Part shown: positions 1-10,573 of the stretch, piece by piece
Layout of the letters: the number at the start of each line of letters is the position of its first letter
Position numbering within the stretch: the first letter of the stretch is position 1
NCBI GenBank assembly: GCA_902727925.1
Contig: CACVAW010000044.1
Coordinates: 15,111-79,110 of the forward strand
Source of the DNA: an uncultured Campylobacterales bacterium
GTDB lineage: Bacteria > Campylobacterota > Campylobacteria > Campylobacterales > CACVAW01
Length of the DNA stretch: 64,000 nt
Direction of reading: 5' to 3'
Notes under the pieces: model-generated
Told to the model about the DNA's origin: nothing
What the model saw: only the letters and a program-made list of their open reading frames with translations
Database searches by the model: none
Translations under genes and position numbers: made by a program

Positions 1-507
1 TTTCCAAAATCTATATTTATAATACTATTACCAAACTCTATTAAATGTGGTGCTAACATACTATTAAATGTAATTTTATTTAAGATATCTGTTAAAAAGT
101 TTAACTTATAAAGAAGTACAATTATAATTGATAAGATTAAGAATATTTTAAATCCACCAAAAATAAACCCTAAAAGCTTATTAAATACTCCAAGACCACT
201 AAGTGAAAATATAGCTGAAAGAATATTACCTATGATAGTAATTACCAATGCAACACCTATAAAAGCTATAAAAAATCCTACTAAATATATTATAGTATCA
301 TTTGAAAGAGAAAATAAATTAGAGTGAATATAAGCTCCAACCTGATTAGCATACTTAAAGCCTACATAAAGACCTGCTACCATACCAACTAGACTAGAAA
401 GCTCTTTTATTATACCTGTCATTGAGCTTCTAAGAGCAAATATAGCAATTGCAAGAACTACACCAATATCAAAGTAATTCATCCCAGCTAAGTTAAAATC
501 ATTCATA
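1..507 (-). CDS. cvpA: CvpA (colicin V production) family membrane protein; C-terminal end runs off the window
   Basis: Not in the ORF track because there is no stop in the window. My minus-strand translation from the ATG at 505-507 reads MNDFNLAGMNYFDIGVVLAIAIFALRSSMTGIIKELSSLVGMVAGLYVGFKY... and stays open in frame to base 1. The hydrophobic N-terminus is CvpA-like. Confidence 0.6.
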
Positions 508-563
508 TTTTATTCACTCCAGTATTATAGGTATTAATTATTTCTAAGTATAACAAATATTAT

Positions 564-1652
564 TTAGGACTTTAGAATTTCTTCAATAAATGTAGTGGCA
601 TATGAGCCTTTTGGAAGCTCAAATCCGAACTCAAACCACATTTTGTCTTCTTTATATTTATAGTTAATGTTTTGTGGATATATCCAAGCATATCTATATG
701 ATCCAGACAAATCATCACTATTTTTTATGAACTTATCTTCAATTTCTTTTGCGCCACTAAGTGATGTTAATCTGTTTTTACCTGCAAGTTTTCCCATCAA
801 AGAAGTCTCTTTATTTTGAAACCTTACTAACTCAGTATCTAAGTCTTCACAATTAAATACTTTGCCATAAGGATAATGACCCAATACATCACCATCAAAA
901 ATCTTCAGAAATTGTTTTTGCTTAGAATATTTCAAATTAAGCTCATATTCTGTATTAATATAGTCTAATTTGATGTTATCTTCTAACATCTTACTGATAA
1001 TAATCCTAAAAGAGAGCCAATCATTGAACATCTTACTTTGATACGCACTTATAAAAAGATCTTTTTTCTTTTTGTTTCGTTCTTTTAATGTGCCTTCAAG
1101 TATTTTTTTACCAAGTTCATAATTATTGTTATCTCGTCCAAATCTTTGATATCCAAAATAATTTGGCATACCTGAACTTTGTATTTGAGTCAAAGCTGAA
1201 CTTAGCTTTTCATTATCTATATTATTAACTCTTTTGAATCTTATATAAAACCTATTACCTACTAAATGCCCTATTCTTATCTTATTGTTATGATAAGTGT
1301 GACCTAATATTTTAATATTTGGGAGATCTGAGGCAAGTAATTTTTCTTCATAGTTTTTATGAATTGAGATATATTGAGATGTTAAAGCATCTTTATCTTT
1401 AAGACCTGCATAACCAAAATCTCTTACTTTTGCGCCACATACTTCACTTAATTTTTGAATCAAATCCCAAGTAGTAAGATCTTTTTTTCTGACATGAAGG
1501 ATTAGATGTTCACCTTCACCGCTAAACTCATACAGAGGTATCTCATCTACTACGAAGTTATCTGAGTTTTTATTGAAATATACATTGATAGCAGAGTGAT
1601 TAAGGAAGTAAGTTCTTTTTATATCGTTCAAGTTGTAGCCTCTATGACACAC
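564..1652 (-). CDS. truD: tRNA pseudouridine(13) synthase TruD
   Basis: 362-aa ORF. TruD-type motifs FVVDEIP...GEGEHL and GYAGLKDKDALTSQ. GTG start in the track. Confidence 0.85.
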   Translation of the reverse strand: MCHRGYNLNDIKRTYFLNHSAINVYFNKNSDNFVVDEIPLYEFSGEGEHLILHVRKKDLTTWDLIQKLSEVCGAKVRDFGYAGLKDKDALTSQYISIHKNYEEKLLASDLPNIKILGHTYHNNKIRIGHLVGNRFYIRFKRVNNIDNEKLSSALTQIQSSGMPNYFGYQRFGRDNNNYELGKKILEGTLKERNKKKKDLFISAYQSKMFNDWLSFRIIISKMLEDNIKLDYINTEYELNLKYSKQKQFLKIFDGDVLGHYPYGKVFNCEDLDTELVRFQNKETSLMGKLAGKNRLTSLSGAKEIEDKFIKNSDDLSGSYRYAWIYPQNINYKYKEDKMWFEFGFELPKGSYATTFIEEILKS

Positions 1653-1674
1653 GTTCTTTAGAGGTGTCTAATTT

Positions 1675-2199
1675 TTATTTTTGTTGCTTTTGTTTTTTTT
1701 GGAATCTTTGCCATTCTTTTTCGAATTTTTTTCTTTTTATGATATCTAGTTTATCTACAAAAAGTATTCCATTAAGATGATCAAGTTCATGCTGAAAGGC
1801 AATAGAGGTTAAATCATCAAAAGTCTTATTCTGTTTGTCACCAAATCTATCTTGAAATTCAACTTCTATTATCTTGTCACGCTCTATTATTTCTGTAAAA
1901 GTCGGAAGACTAAGACATCCCTCATCATAGCTAGTTTTTTCTTTTTTCGAAATGATTTTAGGATTAATTACCTCTATTAAGTCATTTTTGTCTTGATGCC
2001 CATCAATATCAGGAACTGATAAGATAAAAACTCGTAAAGGTTCACCTATTTGAATAGCAGCTAAACCTACACCGTTTTCATCATCCATAGTATCATACAT
2101 ATCATCAAGAAGTGTATGTAAGCTTTTATCAAAACTTACAACTTCTTGAGACTTTTTTCTTAAGATTGGATTTTTATAAACTAATATTTTTTTTACCAT
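1675..2199 (-). CDS. def: peptide deformylase
   Basis: The three Def motifs are present: GVGLAAIQIG, EGCLSLP, HELDHLNG. Confidence 0.95.
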   Translation of the reverse strand: MVKKILVYKNPILRKKSQEVVSFDKSLHTLLDDMYDTMDDENGVGLAAIQIGEPLRVFILSVPDIDGHQDKNDLIEVINPKIISKKEKTSYDEGCLSLPTFTEIIERDKIIEVEFQDRFGDKQNKTFDDLTSIAFQHELDHLNGILFVDKLDIIKRKKFEKEWQRFQKKQKQQK

Positions 2200-2203
2200 G
2201 ACT

Positions 2204-2785
2204 CTATTTTTTTTCTAAAACTTTATCAATAATACCATACTTCTGAGCATCAATTGCCGTCATAAAAAAGTCTCTATCTGTATCTTTAGCAATTTTTTTA
2301 ACTGTATTTGATGTATTTTCTGCAAGTATCGCATTAAGTTCTTTTTTCATTCTAAGTATTTCATTAGCTTGAATCTCAATATCAGTAGCTTGACCTTGAG
2401 CCCCACCAAGAGGTTGATGAATCATTATTCTTGAATGTGGAAGTGCAAATCTCTTACCCTGTTCACCAGAACTTAACAAAAATGCACCCATAGAAGCAGC
2501 TTGACCAATACAAATAGTACTAACATCAGGCTTGATATAATTCATAGTGTCATATATGCTCATACCACTTGTTACTACTCCACCTGGAGAGTTAATATAT
2601 AGGTATATATCACTATCAGGGTCGTTTGCTTCAAGAAAAAGAAGTTGTGAAACAATACTTGCACCTACAGCGTCATTTATTTCACCGCTCAGCATTATTA
2701 TTCTATCTTTTAATAGTCTTGAATATATATCGTAACTTCGCTCACCTTTTGATGTTTGTTCTATTACATATGGTACGTAGCTCAT
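2204..2785 (-). CDS. clpP: ATP-dependent Clp protease proteolytic subunit
   Basis: 193 aa. ClpP catalytic contexts [11 protein letters not shown] and IMIHQPLGG. Sits in the tig-clpP-def order. Confidence 0.97.
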   Translation of the reverse strand: MSYVPYVIEQTSKGERSYDIYSRLLKDRIIMLSGEINDAVGASIVSQLLFLEANDPDSDIYLYINSPGGVVTSGMSIYDTMNYIKPDVSTICIGQAASMGAFLLSSGEQGKRFALPHSRIMIHQPLGGAQGQATDIEIQANEILRMKKELNAILAENTSNTVKKIAKDTDRDFFMTAIDAQKYGIIDKVLEKK

Positions 2786-2788
2786 AGT

Positions 2789-4093
2789 TTATTTTAATCC
2801 TGCTTTTTCTCTGAATATTTTTTCTAATAACTTATTTTCAATAAGAGACATTTTTACAACAGGGATTAGTCCTCTTTCTTGATATAGTTTAAAGTGATCT
2901 GCTGGATTTTTACCTGATTGATAAGCTTCCATATAAATTACTTGTGAAACTTCTTGATCATTTACTTCTATAGATTCTTTTTTAGATAGTTCGTCTATTA
3001 AAAATGTCATTTTTACATTATTTTCAGCTTCTTCTACAAATTCAGTTCTTAGTTTTTCTACTGCTTCTTTGTCGTTTGAGAGTTTTTTGATTTCGTCTTC
3101 TGATTTGCTCTGCAAACTTCTATTAAGTAGGTTATCAATTTCTTTTTCTATGATTGCTTCAGGAAGATCAAATTTATGATTTTTTACAAGGTTTTCTATA
3201 AACTCAGGTCTTACCTCGTCTGCAAATACACCGTTTAATTCTTGATTTTGAAGAGATTGTTCGATATCTTGCTTTAATTTTTCTATTGTTGGGTTCTCTA
3301 CATTTGGTAGAAGAGTTTTAAGCTGCTCTTCATTAAGAGTTTCTGGAAGCTTTTTAGTTTGGATATTATTAAGAGTTACTTTAAAAATTACATCTTTACC
3401 AGCTAACTTCTCAGCTCCATATTCAGTAGGGAAAGTTACATTTATATCTTTACTTTCACCTTTTTTCATACCTACCATTTGCTCTTCAAATCCTGGGATG
3501 AATGTATTACTTCCAATATCAAGTGAATGATTTTGTGCACTTCCACCCTCAAACTGTTCGTCGCCTAAATATCCAGCAAAATCCATTACAGCTATATCGC
3601 CATTTGCTAACTTTGCAGAATCTTCGGCATCTGAGATTTCAGCAAAATTTGAATAATAATTTTTAAGATTTTCTTCTATCTTTTTATTATCTACTTTTGG
3701 TACTTTAATTTCAGGTATCATAGACTTATAATCGCCAAGTTTTACTTCTGGTCTAATAGAAATTTTGAATTCCATGTCTATTTTGTTGTCGTTGTTTTCA
3801 AATTTATTAAATACAGCGTCACCAATAACATCATTTTGAGTGATTTTTAAATCCTCAATAGATTTGCTAAGTACTTGTGAAAAAAGCTCTTGATTTCTTT
3901 GAGTAAGTATTTGTTCTTGATATGTTTTTTTTATTACGTTTAAAGGTACTTTACCTTTTCTAAATCCATCAATTTTAGCAGTTTTTGATAATGAACTTGC
4001 TATTTTGTTTTCTGTATTTTCTATAGTTTGTGATGAAATTTCTGCAACTACTACTGCATTTGCGCTATCTTTTCTAGTTGAATTTACATTCAT
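2789..4093 (-). CDS. tig: trigger factor
   Basis: 434 aa. FKBP-type PPIase core (GDIAVMDFAGY, FIPGFEEQMVGMK). Immediately upstream of clpP. Confidence 0.9.
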   Translation of the reverse strand: MNVNSTRKDSANAVVVAEISSQTIENTENKIASSLSKTAKIDGFRKGKVPLNVIKKTYQEQILTQRNQELFSQVLSKSIEDLKITQNDVIGDAVFNKFENNDNKIDMEFKISIRPEVKLGDYKSMIPEIKVPKVDNKKIEENLKNYYSNFAEISDAEDSAKLANGDIAVMDFAGYLGDEQFEGGSAQNHSLDIGSNTFIPGFEEQMVGMKKGESKDINVTFPTEYGAEKLAGKDVIFKVTLNNIQTKKLPETLNEEQLKTLLPNVENPTIEKLKQDIEQSLQNQELNGVFADEVRPEFIENLVKNHKFDLPEAIIEKEIDNLLNRSLQSKSEDEIKKLSNDKEAVEKLRTEFVEEAENNVKMTFLIDELSKKESIEVNDQEVSQVIYMEAYQSGKNPADHFKLYQERGLIPVVKMSLIENKLLEKIFREKAGLK

Positions 4094-4161
4094 TTTATTA
4101 TACCTTTATTTAATACTCTGTATAAGGCTTTGTTGCCTACATATTTTAGCTTGGGATTATA

Positions 4162-5289
4162 TTATTTTAAGCTTTCATATACCTTTAGGGCTTGATAGTG
4201 CTCTTTTACATCATGTACTCTTAATATATTTGCACCATTTTCAAGAGCTTTTATATGCAGACTAAGTGTCCCAGGAAGTCTATCTTCAGGCTTACAACTA
4301 ACTATCTTATCAATCATACTTTTTCTACTACCACCAATAAGAAGTTCACAACCAAAACTTCTAAAATGAGCCAAACTTTTAATGAGAGATATATTATGCT
4401 CTAACGTCTTACCAAAGCCTATACCAACATCAAGAATTACATCTTTGATACCAAATTCATTTGCTTTAGCCAACCTACTCTTAAAAAATTCACTTACATC
4501 ATTAACCGCGTCTTTATATTCTGGGTTATCTTGCATATTTGAAGGGTTGTTTTGCATATGCATAATCACAACTTTAGCTTTATATTCACTTGCAAGTCTT
4601 GCTATCTCATCATTTTTTAGACCTGTTATATCATTAACTATTTTAAAGCCTCGGTCTAGTGTATATTTTACTACTTTGGGGGAATAACTATCTACACTTA
4701 ATTCTGCTTTTTCATATAGTTTTTGTTTATAGATTTCATCTATTATTGGCTTGATTCTTAAAAGTTCTTCATCTTCATTTACTAGCTTTGAATTTGGAGC
4801 TGAGCTTACAGCACCTATATCAATTATATTTGCACCCTCTTGTATCATTGTATTTATTTTTTTAACAGCGTCATCACCTTTGAGTCTACTACTATCAAAA
4901 AAGCTATCATCATTTGCATTGATCACACCCATGATTTTATTTTCATAAGTTTTTGCTTTGAGTAGCTCATTCATATATATACTAAGATTTCTTAGTCCAA
5001 AAGGTTGGAGTTTTTCTTTTTTTACTAGTTTTTTTAGTTGTGCAGGAGTAGCTAGAAGTATAGCGTCAGTATACTCTTCGCCACAAAATACACAAGCTTC
5101 AGATACTCCAACATCAGCACCTACACTCAGAGCATCTTGTTTCAGAATATTTGCTGCTCCTGTTTTGATATCTTTGATGTATATCTTATGAATATATGCT
5201 TTTTGTTTGATTATAGAGATGCCCTCTTTTGTTGTACCAACACTTTGCAAAATCTTTTCTACACCACTATCTATTTCATACATTATCAT
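4162..5289 (-). CDS. folP: dihydropteroate synthase (long form with N-terminal extension)
   Basis: Pterin-binding domain motifs IMGVINANDDSFFD, IIDIGAVSSAPNS, LDVGIGFGKT. The ~375-aa length resembles Helicobacter/Campylobacter FolP. Confidence 0.85.
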   Translation of the reverse strand: MIMYEIDSGVEKILQSVGTTKEGISIIKQKAYIHKIYIKDIKTGAANILKQDALSVGADVGVSEACVFCGEEYTDAILLATPAQLKKLVKKEKLQPFGLRNLSIYMNELLKAKTYENKIMGVINANDDSFFDSSRLKGDDAVKKINTMIQEGANIIDIGAVSSAPNSKLVNEDEELLRIKPIIDEIYKQKLYEKAELSVDSYSPKVVKYTLDRGFKIVNDITGLKNDEIARLASEYKAKVVIMHMQNNPSNMQDNPEYKDAVNDVSEFFKSRLAKANEFGIKDVILDVGIGFGKTLEHNISLIKSLAHFRSFGCELLIGGSRKSMIDKIVSCKPEDRLPGTLSLHIKALENGANILRVHDVKEHYQALKVYESLK

Positions 5290-5313
5290 TATTTATGACC
5301 TTTAAAATATATT

Positions 5314-6747
5314 TTGTATACTACCGATATAATCTTGCAAATATTATTGCAAGTCAAAGGAAACAACTTGAAAAAACTCACACTTTTATTATTAATAAGT
5401 ACTTTTGTATTTGCTAATATAAGCAATGACTCCCAAAAAGACTTACAAATCACTATATATAATAGTGACTTATCACTCATCAAAGAATCAAGAGATTTTA
5501 CTATAAACAAAAGTGGTAAACAAGAATTAGTATACGAAAATGTAGCTCCAAAAATGATTACAGACTCTGTTATAGCTGATCTGGGATCTGATATCAGTCT
5601 ATATTCTCAGAACTACAGATATGATACAATATCACTAAATAAAATACTAGAAAAACTCGTAGGTAAAAATGTATCTTTCACCGACAAAAAAGACAATAAC
5701 AAAACAAAAACAGGCAAACTTCTTGCCCTTAATCCAATAATAATCCAAACACCATCAAAAATACATCACTCAATATCTCACACAGATATCATAATCAAGT
5801 CTATCCCAAAAAACTTGCTAGTACACCCATCTCTTGTATGGCAAATAAATGCAAAAAAACCTATCAAAAACGCTACAGCAAAGCTTTCATATCTAAGCCA
5901 AGGCTTTAACTGGAAAAGTGACTATGTAGTAACGTTCGAAAATAACAAGCTTGACTTGATAGGTTGGATAACAGTACAAAACTACTCAGGCAATAGCTTC
6001 TATGACGCAAGACTATATACAATAGCAGGAGAACTTAATAGAGTACAACCAGTATATAATAATAGAGTTTACAAACAAAATGTGATGATGGAAGATAGTG
6101 TTATGGGAAGTAGTATGCCACAACAAGAAAGCTTCTCAGGATACCATCTATACAAGATACCATTCCAGGTAAACTTACTAAACAATGAAAAAAAGCAAAT
6201 CAAGTTCATCAACCAAAAAGATATAAATGCAAAAAAAATCTATAAAACAAAACTTTATGGAGCTATTAATAACTTTGGGAAAAGTAAATTTAACTTTGAC
6301 CAATACATAACTTTCGAAAACACTAAAGTTAATTCTCTAGGAATCCCAATGCCAAAAGGTGTAATAAGAGTATATGAAAAAGACTCAAACGGTGATTCAC
6401 TATTTAGTGGAGAAGATAGAGTATCACACACTCCAAAAGATGAAAACATCACTGTACGTATAGGAAAAGAGTTTGACATAATAGGTGAGAGAAAGCAAAC
6501 TTATTATAAAAATTATAAAAATGGTACGATTGAATCAAGTATAGAATATCTAATCAAAAACAAAAAAAATATTCCTGTAACAGTAACCTTTACAGAGGGA
6601 ATTAATACAACAAGACTAATTAATGATACAAACTGTAAAAAGAGATGTAGTTATAAGGTAGTTAACTCGAATACTATTGAATACAAAGTTAAAATTGATA
6701 AAGATTCAACTTATACATTTACAAGTGATTATGAAGTAAGGTATTAA
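5314..6747 (+). CDS. DUF4139-family secreted protein
   Basis: 477-aa ORF. The true start is more likely the in-frame TTG at 5368, preceded by AAGGA, giving the signal peptide LKKLTLLLLISTFVFA. The beta-rich repetitive architecture is typical of DUF4139/TIGR02231 proteins. The family assignment is from memory of the fold pattern. Confidence 0.55.
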   Translation: MYTTDIILQILLQVKGNNLKKLTLLLLISTFVFANISNDSQKDLQITIYNSDLSLIKESRDFTINKSGKQELVYENVAPKMITDSVIADLGSDISLYSQNYRYDTISLNKILEKLVGKNVSFTDKKDNNKTKTGKLLALNPIIIQTPSKIHHSISHTDIIIKSIPKNLLVHPSLVWQINAKKPIKNATAKLSYLSQGFNWKSDYVVTFENNKLDLIGWITVQNYSGNSFYDARLYTIAGELNRVQPVYNNRVYKQNVMMEDSVMGSSMPQQESFSGYHLYKIPFQVNLLNNEKKQIKFINQKDINAKKIYKTKLYGAINNFGKSKFNFDQYITFENTKVNSLGIPMPKGVIRVYEKDSNGDSLFSGEDRVSHTPKDENITVRIGKEFDIIGERKQTYYKNYKNGTIESSIEYLIKNKKNIPVTVTFTEGINTTRLINDTNCKKRCSYKVVNSNTIEYKVKIDKDSTYTFTSDYEVRY

Positions 6748-6753
6748 AAACCA

Positions 6754-6780
6754 AAAGAGTGAGCTATAAACTCACTCTTT
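6754..6780. terminator. bidirectional hairpin terminator between the DUF4139 gene and bcp
   Basis: AAAGAGTGAG-ctataaa-CTCACTCTTT is a 10-bp stem followed by TTTATTTTT. It lies between convergent genes. Confidence 0.6.
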
Positions 6781-6784
6781 ATTT

Positions 6785-7252
6785 TTATGCTTTTAGCTCT
6801 TTAATCTTTTCTAAAACCTTATTTGAGTGTTCCTTAACTCTTACATTATCCCATCTATAAGCTACTTCAAAATCTGGATTTATAAGATATGTAGTTCTTA
6901 CCACACCCATATACTCTCTTCCATAAAGCTTTTTGAGTTGCCATACACCAAAGGTATTTAGAACTTCTTTTTCTTCATCACTTAGAAGTGTGATTTTTAG
7001 ATTTTGTTTGGCTATGAAGTTTTGATGTTTTTTCACACTATCTGGACTGATTCCTAATATCACAGTATCTTCATCATAAAAATCATCAATACCAGCAGTA
7101 AAATCACAAGCTTGTGTAGTACAACCTGGAGTATTGTCTTTAGGGTAGAAATACACAACTATCCACTTACCTTTAAAGTCATTTAATGACACTTCTATAT
7201 TGTCTTGATTTTTTAATGTAAAATTTTCTATTTTTTGTCCTACTTCTATCAC
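6785..7252 (-). CDS. bcp: thioredoxin-dependent thiol peroxidase (BCP/PrxQ)
   Basis: Peroxidatic Cys motif YFYPKDNTPGCTTQACDF; 155 aa. Confidence 0.9.
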   Translation of the reverse strand: MIEVGQKIENFTLKNQDNIEVSLNDFKGKWIVVYFYPKDNTPGCTTQACDFTAGIDDFYDEDTVILGISPDSVKKHQNFIAKQNLKITLLSDEEKEVLNTFGVWQLKKLYGREYMGVVRTTYLINPDFEVAYRWDNVRVKEHSNKVLEKIKELKA

Positions 7253-7379
7253 TTTTATATTCCTTACTATTAGTATTATATTTTCAGGATTCTAGCTAAA
7301 TTGAACTTTAATAATTAGATATTAATAATTTCTATGATATAAGTCGCTCTAAGTTTTGAGACCTTAAGGAAATTTTTCT

Positions 7380-7859
7380 ATGAAAAAACAACCAGTAACC
7401 CAAAAAGGTTATGATATGTTATGTGAAGAGCTAAATGATCTTAACAAAGTTCAAAGACCAGCAACTGTAATAGAACTTGATATTGCTAGAAGTCATGGTG
7501 ATCTTAAGGAAAATGCTGAATATCATGCAGCAAAAGAAAAACTAGCTTTTATAGACAATAGACTAGCAGATCTGAGTAATATAACTCTTAACTCACAAAT
7601 AATTGATCCATCTAGCTATGATCATGATAGTGTAAAATTTGGTTCAACTATAGAACTAGAAGATCTTGATACTGAAGAACTTATCACCTATACAATAGTA
7701 GGAGTAAGTCAAAGTGACCCAGAACTTAATAGAATATCGATAAACACACCTTTAGCATCTGCCTTAATGAATAAAAAAGAAGGTGCTGACCTAGAACTCA
7801 AACTTCCAAGTGGAAATAAAGAATATGAAATAATCAAGATATATTATAAGGAATTTTAA
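7380..7859 (+). CDS. greA: transcription elongation factor GreA
   Basis: 159 aa. Coiled-coil N-domain with RSHGDLKENAEYHAAKE, plus a GreA C-terminal domain. Confidence 0.95.
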   Translation: MKKQPVTQKGYDMLCEELNDLNKVQRPATVIELDIARSHGDLKENAEYHAAKEKLAFIDNRLADLSNITLNSQIIDPSSYDHDSVKFGSTIELEDLDTEELITYTIVGVSQSDPELNRISINTPLASALMNKKEGADLELKLPSGNKEYEIIKIYYKEF

Positions 7860-9041
<1,182 letters not shown>

Positions 9042-9269
9042 GTATAAATTAAGATATAATTAGATAAAAGTTCAATGTCCAAACATTGTTCTTAACTTAG
9101 AAAAAAGATTTAGAAATTGAATAAATAAACTTCAGCAAACTTAACTAACAAAAGCACTAGTGCTTTGAGCGGTCTGCTAAAGACATCGAAGAGGGATTCA
9201 CTCCCTCAAGCGTATAAAAATACTAGGTTTCCTTATTAATGAGGAAACCTCACTAATAAGGAAAATATT

Positions 9270-10241
9270 ATGGCAGTAAATGATCTAATACAAGGAAATA
9301 TGTGGGAAGAGTACTCACAAAAAGTCCAAGACTTAATGAATAGTCCAAAACACAAGGGTGAAATAACAGAAAACGAAGCAGAAGAGCTTGGTGGTAAACT
9401 TATAGTTGCTGACTTTGGAGCTGAGAGTTGTGGTGATGCAGTAAGATTGTACTGGGTTGTAGACGAAGACACAAACAAAATCAAAAAAGCAAAATTCAGA
9501 AGTTTTGGTTGTGGTACAGCGATAGCAAGTAGTGATACTATGGTTGATCTTTGTGTCGGTAAAACAGTAGATGAAGCTGTAAAAATCACAAATCTTGATG
9601 TTGAATTTGCAATGAGAGACAATCCAGAAACTCCAGCAGTTCCACCTCAAAAAATGCACTGTAGTGTAATGGCGTATGATGTTATCAAAAAAGCAGCAGC
9701 AGAATACAAAGGTGTAAACCCTGATGATTTTGAAGATGAAATTATGGTATGTGAATGTGCAAGAATCAGTCTTGGTACAATCAAAGAAGTTGTAAAACTA
9801 AACGATTTAGCAACTATCGAGCAAATCACAGACTATACAAAAGCAGGAGCATTTTGTAAAAGCTGTGTAAAACCAGGTGGTCACGAAGATAGAGAATACT
9901 ACCTAACAAACATACTAAAAGAAACAAGAGACGAAATGGCTAAAGAAAAGGTAGTTTCAAGCTCAAATGAAACTTCAGACTTTGGTAGTATGACAATAGT
10001 ACAAAAAGTAAAAAAAGTTGAAAGTATACTTGATGAAGAAATAAGAGCTATGCTTATGATGGATGGTGGTAACGTAGAAGTTATAGATATCCAAGCAAGT
10101 GGAGATACTACTGATATATATATCAAATATCAAGGTGCTTGTAACGGATGTGCAAGTAGCTCAACAGGAACACTATACGCAATAGAAACAACACTAAAAG
10201 AAAAACTTGAAATGGAAAACTTAAGAGTAATACCTCTATAA
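9270..10241 (+). CDS. nifU: NifU-type Fe-S cluster assembly scaffold (three domains)
   Basis: N-terminal IscU-like cysteines (GAESCGDAV, GCGTAIAS). Central Cys-rich BFD-like segment (CECA...CKSC). C-terminal NifU motif GACNGCASS. Confidence 0.9.
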   Translation: MAVNDLIQGNMWEEYSQKVQDLMNSPKHKGEITENEAEELGGKLIVADFGAESCGDAVRLYWVVDEDTNKIKKAKFRSFGCGTAIASSDTMVDLCVGKTVDEAVKITNLDVEFAMRDNPETPAVPPQKMHCSVMAYDVIKKAAAEYKGVNPDDFEDEIMVCECARISLGTIKEVVKLNDLATIEQITDYTKAGAFCKSCVKPGGHEDREYYLTNILKETRDEMAKEKVVSSSNETSDFGSMTIVQKVKKVESILDEEIRAMLMMDGGNVEVIDIQASGDTTDIYIKYQGACNGCASSSTGTLYAIETTLKEKLEMENLRVIPL

Positions 10242-10250
10242 AACCTTAAA

Positions 10251-10274
10251 AGAGTGAAGATTAAACTTCACTCT
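10251..10274 (+). terminator. hairpin downstream of nifU
   Basis: AGAGTGAAG-attaaa-CTTCACTCT is a 9-bp stem starting 10 nt after the nifU stop. There is no strong T-run. Confidence 0.4.
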
Positions 10275-10573
10275 AACACATTTAATTACCTTTTTTTATA
10301 ATTAATCTAGACTTAATTTACGATAAATATTTAAATATAAACTCCAAAGAAATATTAATTTGGAAACATATTGAAAGTGAGACTGTAGAAGATTACAAGT
10401 ATTTAAAACAAGAACTTATAGACTTAGGATATATCATTGAGAGTGTTACCTTGGTTATTGATACTGATAGTACAGAGAATAAACTTAAGATACCTTTTTG
10501 GTTATTTGGGTTTTTATACTAAAAAAGAGCCTTTATTTTTAAGTTTTTAAATGTTTGGATTAGTTTAGACATT

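Noticed and set aside
9160-9225. tRNA-like look of the GC-rich part of the nifS-nifU spacer (GAGGGA-ttcac-TCCCTC resembling a T-arm)
   Set aside because: No acceptor stem, D-arm or anticodon arm can be drawn around it, and the loop is 5 nt rather than the 7-nt T-loop. It is not a tRNA or tmRNA.
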